Shown piece by piece: positions 13,428 to 28,000 of a DNA stretch of 64,000 nt (positions within the stretch are counted from its first letter, which is position 1; each line of letters opens with the position of its first letter). The stretch is taken from the NCBI GenBank assembly GCA_051294375.1, contig JBJCIZ010000744.1, positions 1,478,262 through 1,542,261 on the forward strand. The letters run 5' to 3'. The notes below the pieces were generated by a model. That model saw only the letters and a list, made by a program, of their open reading frames with translations, made no database searches and had not been told where the DNA came from. Source of the DNA: Paraspadella gotoi. Taxonomy: Eukaryota > Animalia > Chaetognatha. A program made the translations under genes and the position numbers.

Positions 13428-16400
13428 ATGCATCTTTGATCCTCATTATACTTTGTAGGGGATGTGCTCAACATTACCGGAGAGACAGTGGCATGGGCAT
13501 GTTGGCATTCATTCATTTGATAAATCTATGGCTCCACAATATCGTCTTTGAATTGGCGTTATCCCACACTGTTCAAGATATGCGAACTCTTAATCGACTC
13601 TCACTAGTTCGTTACTTCTTGAGAGTACTGGCTTCGGCTACAATGCAGTCGTATCTACCTGCAGAGAAACTTTGGGCAATTGTAAAAGAGCAGAGTTTAT
13701 TTGAGTAACTTAATTCGTTTTTAGCGGAACCGTTTGCCCTTCTCACTTCTGTACCACATCCTGATTTTTCGCGCCCTTCTCATGCAACCTTTTCTTTACC
13801 CTGCTCTCTCTTTCGTTCTCTCTCTGCTCTCTCTGGTTCTTTACTTTATCTGACCCTATCTGATCCTATCTCTCTACGCCCCTTACCCCGGCTTACGCTC
13901 ACCTCACCCTTTTATTTTAACACTCCCTTCCTCCCAAATCTTACCTTACCGTTCCTTCCACGCCCAACCCCATTCTCCCCCTCCCCCCCTACCTCCCCCT
14001 TCCACAGGCTTTTCCTCTGGTGGTCCACCCTTCGGCGGCTTCTTCGGCGCGTTCGGCTTGGCTGCGCGACTTTTTCGCATCTCGGAATATTACGTCGCAG
14101 ATGCGGAGATCGACGGCAGCCCATTCGACTCCGCCCACGCCTTACCCGCCGCGGTCCAATTGGAACGAGAGGATCGCCACGTGGTGGTCGGAAGGTCTCT
14201 ACGGATTTTGGTCAGAGATCCATCCGGAGGAGTTCTGTCGAGGCGGGACGTGCGGCTTGAGGTGGGGTGGGTTGGGGAGCGGTGTTGCAGGATATGAATG
14301 GTAAGTATGAGTCAACAGGGGAATTATGAATGAGTATGAATGTAATGAATTGAAAGATAAAATAAATTCAATTGATAAAAAGATATAAGCATTGAAATGT
14401 TTTATAAAAAAAAAGGATATTTTTCTTATTAGCTTAGTTTCCATGTGTATTGGTTGATTGGGAAAAGATTGTATTTTTTTAATCGATTCTTTTTTAAAAC
14501 TACCGAACTATCTCTATTGAATATTATTTTAAGTATCTAATTAACAAAAATTTATTGGAACTAGTTAATTATTCAAAAAGTTAAAAATTAAATTTCAACG
14601 AAAATTACGTTATTTAATCAAAAACGACTCACCCCCCATAACCAAACAACCGAACCGAAACTGGTCCGTCCAAATCCACTCGTCCCCTCCCCCCCCCCTT
14701 AGATTCTTCGTCTACCTTCTGTTCCCCTTCGGCGTCGTTCGCCGGAAATCATTGGTTCGGTTCCCATCGGCGATCGTCAGGACCGGAAGTGCCAAGCATT
14801 CCCTCCTCGCCGCTTATTGGCGTCGTCCTTTCGCCTTCAACGTCCCAACGCCATGAAGTCAGTCGGGGGGGGGAGGCGGCGTGGGGGGTGGGAGGGTTCG
14901 AAACGGAGGGAGGGTTAGAGAAGTCGGATAGCGGGTTTTGACAAAAGAGGTTTCAGTTTGGCAGAATTTGAGAAAAGAATTGGCGTGGGGAAAGGAAGAA
15001 GGGGACATTGAACCATTCCTGATATATCCATTTTTGTCTTTTCTCGTCTTTTCTCATCGACTCATCTTTAACTGACGCCCCCCCACCCACGCCCTCTCAC
15101 TCGCCTTTTTCCCAGCTACGCCGTTCTCTCCGCCAACGTCGCCTACAACTACGGTCGCAATATGGCGCCTCGGTCCGCGGCCCGCCGAAGCCACTGCCGG
15201 CGCCTCGGCGTCCTCTTCCCTTCGGCTCCTCTATCTCGCCCTCTGCGTCCACCGTCCTTCTCTTCAACGTCTCCGTCGCGGGTCTCGACGGCGAGCGACT
15301 CCGCTCAGCGACGTCCTCGTCAACTTCTTTCGCTCGGAGCTTCGAGAGAGTTCAAGGCCAAAGCGGCCCGATGTTGTTGGGAGGTCTGGATGGAGGAAGG
15401 ATGGGAGAACGCCTGTGGGAGGTTCAAGAAGGACTTTGCTGATATATCGGGTGATGAAGGGAGAGAGAGAGAAGAGAGAGAAGAGACAGACTGACTGAAA
15501 TACTAGATAGATTTAAATATAATTATGAGGAATCGAAATGGGCCTAATTAGTCTTTCAAAATGTGATAATGTTGAGACACCTTCTTCAAAATTTGATTCT
15601 GCCATCCTACTCTCCTACCTCTCCTTCTCCCTTTCCCCCCCCAATTTCTTTTACAATCCTTTCATAGCGATCCTTCTTCCTATTCCATTCACTGGGCCAC
15701 TTTCTCTCCTCCTCTTCCCCCCCCCTTCCAAGGAACTCAACGCGCCTGCGAGGTTTTCTTCGTCGGACTGCGACTCCGGCGTCTCAAGAGGAGATTCCTC
15801 CGCCTGTCGTCGCCCTTGAGCCGCGCCTGGGCATCCCGACCGGACATCGCGACAAAAAAGGAGAAGGCCAAGGCGCAGGAGAAGTCATAGAGATTCAGGT
15901 GTGTGAAGAAGTGGGTGGGTGGGGGGAAGAAGAGGGATTGAGGGAGAAAGAAAAAGAGAGAGAGAGAGCAGAGAGCGCGCAGCGCGCCCGTCCGCCGCGC
16001 GAGACTGGGCCAATAGGCGCAGGAAGAAGTTCATAAGATTCAGCGTCGCTTTGAGAAGGGGCGGTCTGAGAGATTTTTTTTGCAAGCGGACGATATTACT
16101 TACGGCGCGCGAGCATGCATTCCTCGCAGTCTTAACTCGCTTTAACATTCGCGCCAGTTCGGGGGAAGACGACACTACATAAGCTTCACGCGATCACGCC
16201 CTGCGCCGCGCGTGCTTGCGGGCGGTATCTTCCCGGCAAACTCCGCCCCAATTCATGACGGGGAGCGAGATAATGGCCACTCTCTCTCTCTCTTCTCTCT
16301 CGTCTATCGGTCTCATCTCTTCGTCTCACAAACGTTCTTTTTGGTTGGGCTTTGCAAGGTTCTCAATGGCGGATAACAATGAGGGTGCACAGATTTTGAA

Positions 16401-17877
16401 TTTGTTTTGCTTTTCTTTTAATATATTTTTAATCACTACAGATATAATTAATGACAAGAAAAAAAGTAAGAAAAAAAAGAGAAGGATTAAGAAGAGAAAT
16501 AAAATTATAGGAAAAAAAGAAAAAGAAAAAAGAAAAGAAGAAAAAGATAAATGTGAAACTTGCTTATACGGGGACGAGTTTCGAAAACGTGCGCCTCTTT
16601 CTGTGGTCACGTTGTAAGAGGACGAAGACAATATAGTATAGTTGGTAATGTGTAAAAAAAAAGTGTGTGTTATTGTTAGCTGGATATACAGCTTCTGATT
16701 GGATTATGCCGGTGCTGATGAAGACTTGAATTAAAAATCAAAACAACAACAACAGACAAATGTCTTTTTTCCAATTCACAACACAAAGTCCTAGAGAGAG
16801 AGAGGAGAGAGAAAACAGGGGAGAGACAAAAAGTTAATACATTATGTAATGTACAACAAGGATAAGTTTTAGAACTTAATGGTGATTTAAACATATTTTA
16901 TAATAATAAAACAATAGTAATAGAAATGGAAAGATAAGTTTTTAAATGTGAAATGATAAATTTTTATGAGGGATAGAGATAAGTCCGACCTGTTAAGTGA
17001 AAAATTATGAATTAAAGATCGGAAATGAATCATAAATGCAAGATAAATATTTTATTTTTAAATTAGAGATTGGTTTTTTTTATGTAAGTTTGCTTATGTT
17101 TTCCAGTTAGAATATTTTCTTATATAACAAGGACTGCCGCATGATGAATGAATTCACGGCGGGGACAGGGCTTGCAAACCGTCAATCCCTCATCCAAAAA
17201 TAGTGGAGGGGAATATTTCTCCGCGTGGATAAAGGCAGAGAAGGCCTTCAACAGTAATCCCCGTGAAAAATAGTGGGTTAGGGTAATCCCCCCAAAACAG
17301 AGGGAAAAAACAGACAGTTTGGCGTGAACAGAAACAGGGCGCAGGTTTGAAACTCGTCCCCGTAATGTTCTTCTCGTTGCAAGACTGCGCCTTATTGACG
17401 GAGCGTCATCTACTTGTTTGAGAGGGAAGAGGGGGGCGAGAGAAGGGAGGTAATTGAGGAGAAGGAGAATAGGCGGTCTCTCGCAGGGAGAAGAGAGAGA
17501 GAGAGAGATGGCATGCCAAGGCGGCAGGGAGAAGTTCATAGAGATTTCAGGTGTCGTTGAGTAAGGCGGAGGTGGAGATTTTTGAAGGGGAGGAGGGGGG
17601 GACGAAGAACGGGAGGGAGGTAATGAGGAGAAGGAAAAAAGGAAGGATTTGAGGGGGAGAGAGAGAGTTAGAGAGCGATATGGCCAAGGCGGGAGAAATG
17701 GGGACGTAGTAAACGTGATTTAGGCGCGAGACTAAATTGCGGAGAGAAGGTGGATAGAACAACAACAACAACAACGACTCGTTTTATCCTCAGGATGCTT
17801 GCCACAAACTCGACGAGCGCATTCAGCGACGAGAGCGCGCTCAGAGAAAAGACGTTTTCGACGGCGACATGTTTTGA
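13428..17877 (+). CDS. DNAJC22: DNAJC22 copy 2 (noisy), including the terminal exon 17794-17877
   Basis: 13770-15900 is colinear with 7180-9050. The final exon cag|GATGCTTGC...TTTTGA encodes DACHKLDERIQRRERAQRKDVFDGDMF* and completes helix III-IV of the J domain after KFIEIQ. Confidence 0.75.
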
Positions 17878-19051
17878 AGTTTAAAAGTTGAGGTTACGGG
17901 CAATAACGTCGCGAGCGAACTCTGCTCGAAGAAATCTCGTTTTCGACGAGAAAAATGCCTTAGGTTTGGTCAATCGATGCTTCTCCTCGTTAAGAACGCG
18001 CGACAACTCTGTTTAGTTTTAAATTTTATTACCCGAGATACATCGTCACAAGCAGGGATGTGGAGCGGTAGCTTAAAAGGGTCAGCTCCACATCCCCTGG
18101 TCACAAGTGTCCTTCATATTTTCCACGACATCCGCTACATTTGGGATTCTTTTTTTTTTCTAGTCTCTCGTCTTTTTTTTTGTAAATTGTGATTCGGAGA
18201 TTCGAGATTAAAAGGATGGAAATTTATTGGTTAATAGAGAGTTAACCTTTTTTTTGGGGGAAAAAGTCTCGTAGTTTAAATTGGGGAAGACTAACCCGCC
18301 GTACTGCCACTGGCGATTTTTCAGTTCCTAACTTTTTATTTCTGGAGCGAAAAATGTGATTCCGCAATACGTAGTTTATTACCCCGCGGTATTTTAAGGG
18401 TTGGTAATTTATTGTTCTCTTGTTCCCGTACTTTCTTCTCTCGTTACCGGGGAAAAAAATGTTATTAAGGTGAATAGTGAATCGTTAAATAAGTCTTTGT
18501 CTTTCACTTTCGTCATTCCAGCTTCTTCGAGATTTTCTATTTTTTTACCCACACTGTGAAACACACACACGTTTTATTTTATTCGCAACACCGAATAGTA
18601 TTTTTTTTTATCATTCGGTTTTTCTTTTTCTCCCTTTTATTATTCGACGTAGTATTTTTTTTTTTTTTTTTTTTATTAATACCAAAACAGTTATTGACAA
18701 AATCAAAAACAGATCCAGTGTAAAAAAACTACCTATTAAAAATTCACAGAAACAAAAAGCACCTAACGTTAAATTGACTCATAAATAAATGTTATGGTAG
18801 TATTATTATTTGGACAATTCACTTTAACATTTTAAAACTCTTTTTTATTTTTCCGTGTTGATTTTTTAAATAAATACTATTCCTCCCGTTGCTGAGACGG
18901 CCGCTGCGACTCTGCGTGGACGCGTCGCTGTCTGTCGACCGCTGCGTCGCTCTTATACTTTCGATATGGAATTTAACTTTTCGGTCGTCGGTTTGACCCC
19001 GCTCGCTCTTGCTTCTTCACTCTAAATATAATCCTCTCTCTCTCTCTCCAG

Positions 19052-22000
19052 TCGGTCCTTGACGTCGCTCTCGTCGACTTCCTCCGCCGACACCGTCTTC
19101 GCCGTTTCCTCCGGATTTGGAAAATCGGCCGTCGGCGTCGTCCGCGTCTCCGGCCGCGGAGCTGCCGACGCCCTGCGGAATTTGCTGCGTCGACGATCGG
19201 GGGCGGCGGAAAAGGATGTTGAACTTGCGTCCAATGGAGAAGGTTAGCTTTTTAGGTTGATTTGCATATTGCAGTAGTTTGATTGTTCTCTTGTAATTTT
19301 GATTAGTTTGGAGTCGTAGTTGAGATGATCAAACTATGTCATGGATGCGACAAAAAATAATAATGCCAGCCACTCGTTTTATTTGAAATCTAACTTTTGG
19401 TTCCTTAGAAAAAGATGTACCAAGTATCCGCGACAATCCTAAGGTCGTGATATTAGAAGCGAAAGTATATATCTAAATTTAAGTAGAACCAATTAAAATT
19501 GGCATTTGAGGCATCGTAATAAGTATGACACCCTAAGATAATCCGGGTGCTCATAGAGTGAAGGAACGAGACTGTGAGTCTGGATAAAAAGCTTGCAGCA
19601 TTGTGCTATGCACTATCTTGTATGTTTGATTGCGGCCTTAAACTACTATGGCGTGTCCAAAGTCAGGACTAAGGTGCCCCTCAGTGGCCAAAGATTAAAG
19701 AATGTAGTTTGTAAATATCTTTCCTAAATTTGATCATGGAGACTTATGGGATAGGAAATATTTATTACTTTCGCTTAACACATCTACTACTATTAATCAT
19801 AGCTTATTTCATTAGCTATTAACTCTTTTAACCTTCCCCAGAGGGCCACCCGCTGCCTCCTCGAATGGCCAGTGTGCGGCGCATCTTCCACCCAAAGGAC
19901 GGACGTCAGTTGGATCGATGTCTCTGCCTCTTCTTTCCGAATCCAAACTCTTACACGGGGGAAGACTCTTTCGAACTTCACGTAGATTGACGAGAATTGT
20001 GTGCGAGTTTGATGGGAGCGGGATGGGAAATTGATAGTTTGGTGGGAGTTTGATGGTCGTTTTAGACGAGTTACACAGATTTGGTAATTAGTTTTATGAT
20101 AGGCACCTTCGCACCCCGTTTTGATAAAACACCGGCAATGTGACAATGAGATGTCCAGAAATTTACTATTCGCCATTGTGTCTCTTTGACTTTCTGTTAT
20201 TTATAAACCGGATCTATGACGGGCAAAAAAATGAAGCCTGGTTCCAAGCCCAGGACCCGTTCCATTTCTGCTGATGGGGCACAGAAGATACTTAACGCCT
20301 TATCTACATTCCTTCCTCCTCCTCCTCAAGGTCCACGGCGGCGCCGCCGTCCTCCGCTCCGTCCTCGACGCCCTCTCCGGCGTCGTGGGCCTCCGCCACG
20401 CGGCTCCGGGCGAGTTCACCAAACGCGCCTTCATCAACGGGAAGATCGATTTGGCGGCGGCGGAGGGCGTGGCCGATCTCGTCAACGCCGAGACCGAGGC
20501 GCAGCAGGTGAGATCGTTGTTGTTGTCATTGTTTTAGTTGGCGTAATTGATTTTATATTTGTAATAATGGTTGTTGTAGTTATAATTGTGGTTATAAACA
20601 GTTTTAGACGGGCGGGCGATATACCTATTTGGTGAAATCGTTGTTAGTGTTAAAAGTTAATTTGGCTTAGATTAACAAAATTTTGGCCTTTTAGTGCCTT
20701 CGTAAGTGGCGTTTGAACGTTATTATAACTATGAGTCAAATGTAAGGGAAGACAAAGGCATTTTTCTTTTCACTCCTTGTGGTTTTTTCTCTTTCCAACA
20801 TTTTCCGGATTTTACGCTTTCTCCTCTCTAATTATAGGGGGTGTTTGCCTGTTGAAAAATCAGGCAATTAACTAGGTACCTAAAAGGTTCAGTGTTTCAA
20901 ATTTAATATCTTACTTGATGGTATGTTGACTTGACTTAGGGCATCGAGGTGAAGAATTATGGTTCCAGTGGAACCGGGGATTCATTCATTAGGTTCTTCC
21001 CCCACAAGAGTGCAGCATCTGCTCTCACACAACGCGACATCTTCCGAGAGAAAAAACGAAGAGGAAAACTCCCTCTTTCCCCGCCTTCTCTTCCCCCTCC
21101 CGTACGGCTAAGCATAGCTCGAGTAACGCCGACACGAGGACAGAATACTCGTAGTCCAGCCCAAACCAGAAGGGGGGAATCCCGCGAAGACTTCACGGTG
21201 GACGTGCATTCCACGCCCACTTGACCGGACGTCGTAGAAGGGGGGAAGGAGAAAACCCAAAAACCAGTCCCATGGACGAAAGCCGGGCCTTGGAGAACCT
21301 GGACGGCCGGACGAGCAACGGCCGAAAGAGCTGTCGGGCGATCATGTCGCGTCCTAGACGTCCCTGAGCCGCCGCCCCTACTGCTTGGGAGGCGGCAAAG
21401 ACTGCGAGGCCGGTAGGGACGGCGAGCGGACTACGCGGACTGCCACTGCCCCACGCTTGCGGCTAGTCAGAACAGGCGCAATTGTGTGCGCCCCGGAGTG
21501 GAGAAGCGAAGAATGAACGCTTGAGTGACTCTGTGGAGCGCGGTCTCCGAAAAAGGAACGACGTGGAGGGCGGAGAACTGGACAGAACTGTCTTTGAGAT
21601 CGCGTAAGGGGCAGCGTCGACAACTAAGCGCCGAGACTCGGAGAGGGCCGAACCAAAAATCGCCGCCAAACCCGACGAGGCGTCTCCAAGGGGCTTGGCA
21701 AGATCGTCAGGTGGCCTGCGTCCACTGCACCCGGGCCCCTCCGAGCGTAGGGCCTCAACCAATGAGGCGGAGGAGCGTCAGCGACAAAAGGGACAGCATG
21801 AGCGGGACGCTCCGGTCGTCCCTCATCGATGCGCTCAAAAGCCTTGAAAGCGGCGCGTCGTGCTTGGAGTCCTTCCGAACGGCGTCGAACTCGACCGGCA
21901 AGGCAACTCTCTTGAGCAGGAGGACGAAACTCCGCCGGCGAAGAAACATGCCGACTAGCGGCCGGAAACGCGTATTGGGCGTGAAAAGCACGTCCCACGA

Positions 22001-25000
22001 CGTAGAAACATAGAACGTCCTGGCCAACTCTGCGCAAATCCTTCACTAGCTGCAGGACCCACCCCGAAGGCTGTATAGAAGCACGACGAGACAAGAAGTT
22101 GTCAAAACCCGCAGCAGATGAACTCTTCAGAGGAGGAACCCTCCTCTGATCCGGAAACGGAGGCGTCGTCGTCGACTTGCGCAGGATAGGGCTCGACGAG
22201 GAAGGCGTGACGCAGTCACCCGCTCGCGGAGCGCGAAGGCCGATCCGCCGCCGAAGAGGCCGCCAAAAGAACGCGAAGAGACTCCAAGTCGGTGGCAGAA
22301 CCAACGAGATCGACGAAGAAGGCGGAAATGGCGAACAGAGGCGTCCAAGAACCATGAAAGAAAACGTTACATGGAAAAAAAGAGAGAAATCATTGAAAAA
22401 TGACAGTCTCAAAAAAGAACCCCAAAAAAACACCCCACAAACAAGCAAGCAAGCCTGAGCCGCCCCTCACACCACCGGTGGTGCCAGGGGTGGACGGTGG
22501 GATGGTTGTTGGTGGGGAAGAACCATGAAGAATCCCGGTTTCCACTTGGAACCATAAATTTCTATCATGTAGTTCTTCCCCACCAAACAAGTGAGCCCTG
22601 TAACAAGACCAGGGCGAAGGCCCGACAAAAAAACAAACAAAGTCGAGTTAGGTGGGGCACAGGAGGAAAACCCTCTGTACGCCGAATGTACGCCAAAAAA
22701 AGGCGAAAAACCAAAAAACGAATAAGAAAGAAGTACTCACCGAGCGAAGACTCTCCAACTCACGGAACGGACGACGGGCGAACTCCTTTAAATTCGCTGA
22801 CCGAACGCTAGAAAGAGCGTTGCTAATTGGAAGTAGAACTGCCTCCATCTGAAGGGGCATACTTCGGCCTGACCAGAAAAGCCCGGAATGGCTGATGGTG
22901 GAGGCGGTGGAAGGCGGCGGCGAAAGGCGCGGCGGAAGAGACATGAGGGTAGTCTAGTTGAAAACACGCGCCTCAGTCCAAAAAACGGAGAAGCACTGGA
23001 CAAACAAGGGGGCCGAAACAAGGTTCTTTCCCCCTGTGCAGCCGTACTAAGCGCCGAGGGCAAACGAGAGGGCCGAGTCGCGGCTCTTCCCTCCGCAGCC
23101 GCGCAGGGTGCGTCGAGGGCAAGCGAAAGGCCGAGTCAAGGCTCTCCCTCCGAAAGCCACGCACAACGAAGACGAAAAAGATGGCGGCCGTGAAGAGAAA
23201 ACTTCAAAAAAGCCCACGTGTTGAAGAATATCTGTATTCTGAACTCCAAAAAAAGAGAAACAAAAAAATATGCAAAATTATTTCAACAAAAATAATCAAA
23301 AAATTATTTTCGTAAAAAAGCCGTGGAGACTGTGAGCGCAAAGGCGCGAACAGAAGAAGTGATTCTGTCTCCGTTGTCGGCGTACTGAGGTAGCGTACGG
23401 GAGGGGAAAGAGAAGGCGGGGAAGAGGAGTTTTCCTCTTCGTTTTTCTCTCGGGAGATGTCGCGTTTGGAGAGCAGATGCTCACTGTTGGTGGGAGAGAA
23501 ACTACATGATAGAATCCTCGCTTACATAATTTCCCTCTCCAAACCTGTCTCTCTCTCTCTCTCCCCCTCTCCTTCCTCCACTGCTCTCTCCCCCAACCCC
23601 TCTCTCTTTCACCCCCTCTCCTTCCTCCACTCCTCTCTCCTTTCTTCTATCCTTTCACCTTCCTTCCTCCACTCCTCTTTCTCCCCCCTCACTTCCGCCT
23701 TCCTCCACTCCTCTCTCTCTCTCTCCTTCAACCTCCCCACCCCTGAAGACCCTCGCCCTCCACCAACTGGAAGGCTCCCTCTCCGCGCCTCTACGCCTCC
23801 TGGTCTTCTCGCCTCCGGCGACAACTGGCGCTCCTCGAAGCCTCCGTCGACTTCGCAGAGGACAATCAGCTGGAGGTGGAGGAGGCGGCGACGATGGAGG
23901 GCGCCTTCTTGGAGGCGGGGGAGTTGAGGGCGGAGATGAGGCGTCACTTGGAGGAGGCGGAGAGGGGGAAGAGGATGAGGGACGGGGTGAAGGTGGTCAT
24001 TGCGGGGAAGCCTAACGCGGGTTCGTTTTGAAATGAAGGTGTAATCTTTATTATCTGTCTTGCCATTAAGTATTACTACTTTCATTTATCTTAAATCTTG
24101 CTTAATGTACAAAAAAAAAAAAAACTTTCAATTTTGTTCGTTTGATTGATAAGGATTAATCATTAGGAAGTTTGTAAGCTGTCGTTGCATCGCTTTGTTA
24201 ATAACGAAATGATTTGGTATTCACACCCCAAAAAGATGAAAATAAAACCATTAAATATTGGAGATTTGATTTTTAATAATATTAAAAATGAAAATATTAT
24301 ATTATATTACGTTATATTTTCTGCCAAAACCATATAATCTTCTTTAATCGATTTTTTTCCCCTGCCCACTTACTCCGCAGGCAAGAGCAGCCTGTTGAAC
24401 CGCCTCTTACGTCGCGAGGCGGCCATCGTGACTCCGTTGGCCGGGACGACTCGCGACGTGATCGAGGGGTTTCTCAACCTGGAGGGATTCCCGGTCGTCT
24501 TCAGCGACACGGCCGGGTTGAGGGAAGAGGATTCCGCGACGGACCCGGTCGAGAGGTTCGTCCAATCACGAGCCGAGAAAACAAAGAAAACTAGATTGAT
24601 TTGTTTTGGTTACGGAATTTGCAAAAATGGGGAAGAAAATTCTGTTGAAAAAAATTCCAAAACCAAAACGAAATTCGTTATTTCAAGTGACAAAAAAATT
24701 CAGGAGTTTTTATTAAGAACAAATAAATTCGTTTAAATATTTTACGCCTGGAAAATACAAAATAAACAATGTCACCATTTCAATGACTAAAAATGTTTTA
24801 TTTTGAATTAAAACATTTATGTACCTATTAACGTTTTCACGTATAGCCGACCGCTCTGATCTCTCCATCTCTCTCTTTCCCGGCACTCTGGGCAGGTCTT
24901 CCTTCTGATCTCTCCTACCGTTCTAACGCTGCTCTGTCTGTACATTATTATCCCAATACGTTTAAAAAGATATTTTTTTTTTTTTTTTTGAAAAGAAAAT

Positions 25001-28000
25001 CAGAGCAAAACAAATAATTGCTGGGGAAATGTTGTCAAAAATTCTTATGTCAACAATAAACTGGAGAACAAATAAGGGTGTTAAGGATAAAAATGTCAAA
25101 TAAACGGCTCCAAGAGAGATCGGATACCAGCAAGTCACAAGTCGAACCTCCGTCCACATGGGAGACGGCAACTCGAATACGGGGGACTATCGGGAAAGCG
25201 AGCAGGTACCCCGTTTCTACGGACTGAGAGCAGACACGCAAGAGTCTCTCAAAAAAGTGCTTAGGACGTTTTTGCAGATATCTAAGCTGCTATTCGTGCT
25301 CTGGAGTTTGGCGAAAATCATTTTCAAATTTTGGAAGCATCCAGGTCCCAATGCCACGAAGGTTGAGTATGACAACCCAGCAGGGATGGAAGCCAATCGT
25401 CGGCGGGCGGCAGTTTGCCTCTCGGTAACTTAGCTATCGTTTTGGCCGTGCGGCGAGCTCGTTCCGAGGCAATAGGTGGCTGTTGAGGATGGTATTGCCA
25501 ACAACACGTCCTGGCCGGAAGGGGAAGGGACAGTAATATCAAAAGGCTGTGGGTGCGTTCTTTGTTCCGAATCATTCTTTTAAAAATATTGAAAATATAT
25601 GAAGAATCATTGAAAAAATATTGTAAAAATATTGAAATATATAAATTATAGAATAAATTATAACATATTGAAAAAAATTATTGAAAAATAAAAACTAAAA
25701 TTAACCTCATTTTTTTCCCGTATTTTCAGAGAAGGCGTTTCCCGAGCGAAGACTCGAATCTCCGAAGCCGACGTCGTCGTCGTCGTCGTCGACGTCGCGA
25801 CGTCGCGACGACAAAGAGTGGACGATCGATTCGCATCTTCGTCAATTAGGATTCGATCCAATCGGGAGCCGCATTTTCGTATTTTTCCTGGAATATTTAT
25901 AAATATTGGAAAGGTGGGATTACAAATGTTCAATGTTGTGAATTTAAAACGAAAAAAATACATATGTTATTATCGAAACCCTTCTACGATTTTTCATATG
26001 TTAGGGTCCTCAACACAAGCAATTTTATCAGATGAGAGTCATTCGCCAGACAACTCTGAGCATTTAAAGAGTTTGGATAGTTGCTTCTCATGAACTTCGG
26101 CGGTCCTACTACTCTGTCAAGTTTGTTAAGTCAACTGAATCAATCCCTAAAAAAAATTCACTCGTCAAAAAAAATTAATAAAAAAACGAAACCAATGTCA
26201 TTTTTTTCACACAAATCAAATATTAAAGCCGCGCGAACAACATTAACTCGAAGTAAAGCTAAAGACTTTTAAATATTGTTTAATAAAAGGACGAACACTT
26301 TGATCTCCGATCGCTCACTGACACACGATCATATTAACTTCCTTGTTCCTCGCAAAAGTTTCTTACCATCTGGCTTCTCTTCCCCCCTTTTCCATTTGTT
26401 CGCAATGAGGTATATTTTTAGGCTGTGTTTGCTCTCTTTTATTGTGTTGTTAATATCTTTTGTCTTAGTTCTTCTGCTCCTTTTTTTAAATGATCTTTTT
26501 CCCGAAGTTTACCCGATTTTGTACTTAATTGTTTGTGTTGCTATCGGACTTTCCGAGTCCCCATCTCGTCTCGATCGCTTTATCAACAACTTGGCTTTCT
26601 GCGCGGTCGCAGCCGACCCAGAATCTCCTCAATTTGTTTTGAATTTTTTTTCTCGACGGCCTAACGTCGATCCTAATTACGAATGTATACGAAGTAAAAG
26701 TCCTTACGCCTTCGCAGTTGCTAACGCGGTGTTGACCGAAACCTTGGAGAAATTCTTGCGATTCGGCGGGGATCTTCGCTGGAGATCTAGGTGTGTGTGA
26801 CACTGTGTGGGTAAAAGGTGACCAAAAAAATGTTGTCCGTTATTTTAAATAAAATAAGAACAGATTTACTCCTGTACAAATATAAAAGCCACTTTTAGCT
26901 TTAGCCTGATCCGAAGCTGAGGGACTGTTTATATTGAATTGTTTATATTGAACTGACAACAATAATTCTGTCTTCAAATGTTTCAGTTGTATAGAACTAG
27001 AAGGACCACTCCCATAACAAACGTTTATGTTAAATAAAAACTTGAGGGCTATTGAAGGCTTGAGGAAATAGAGGGAAAATAATATATTTCGCGTAGAGTA
27101 AAAACGAGAGAATGTATCGCTAGACAAAATATACCGAGGGGCAAGAAGAGTAGGATAAAAAAAAATAGGAAAAGCAAGCAAGCAATTACTTTTGCTAATT
27201 TTTTTAACACCCAGCAATAAAAACACGTTGCTTCATGTCGCGGCCGAAAGCGGAAATCTCGTCTCGCTCGACTTCTTACTAGAGAAAGGTCTTTCCGTGA
27301 ACGCTCGCAACGTTTCTGGGGAGACGCCGTTTTTGAGCGCCGTTCGAGTCCGTCGATATTTTATAGACGGAAACTTGAGCGTTCTCCGCCGTCTTCGCGA
27401 GAAAGGCGCCGAAGTCAACGCGGTCGACCGTGATGGCCAGAACTTTCTTCACCATCTCGTCAAAACATCCTCCGGNNNNNNNNNNCGCTCGACTTCTTAC
27501 TCGAGAAAGGTCTCTCCGTGAACGCTCTCGACGTCTCTGGGGAGACGCCGCTTTTGAGCGCCGTTCGAGTCCGTGGATATTTTATAGACGGAAACTTGAG
27601 CGTGCTCCGGCGTCTTCGCGAGAAAGGCGCCGAAGTCAACGCGGTCGACCGTGATGGCCAAAACTTTCTTCACCATCTCGTCAAAACATCCATCGGTTTT
27701 TTCTTCTATAATAATCACTCGTGGCAATTGACGACCCGGCTCGTTTCCTTCGCCGTGGAAATCGGCGTAGACTTTGGGCGTCGGGATCGCTGGGGTCGAA
27801 CGCCGGCGCAATTTGCCCGATATCATGGTCGACGTAATGCTTATCTCTGTCGCCTCGCCGAGTTGCTAGCGTCTTCAAGCTCGATTCCCTCCCAGAATCC
27901 ACCACCTCGTCGTCCCTCGACCGTCGAACGCCCCGAAGTGTCGCCCGTTCCGTCCAATTCGTCGCCTTCGGAGAGGCTCGTCCAAGGGATCTCGAATCCT

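Noticed and set aside
15900-17750. ORFs and repeated J-exon ends as alternative exons
   Set aside because: Degraded repeats mixed with low-complexity sequence; more simply explained as read artefacts.
25100-25575. Possible transposon fragment in a GTPBP3 intron
   Set aside because: No diagnostic motif or terminal structure could be identified.
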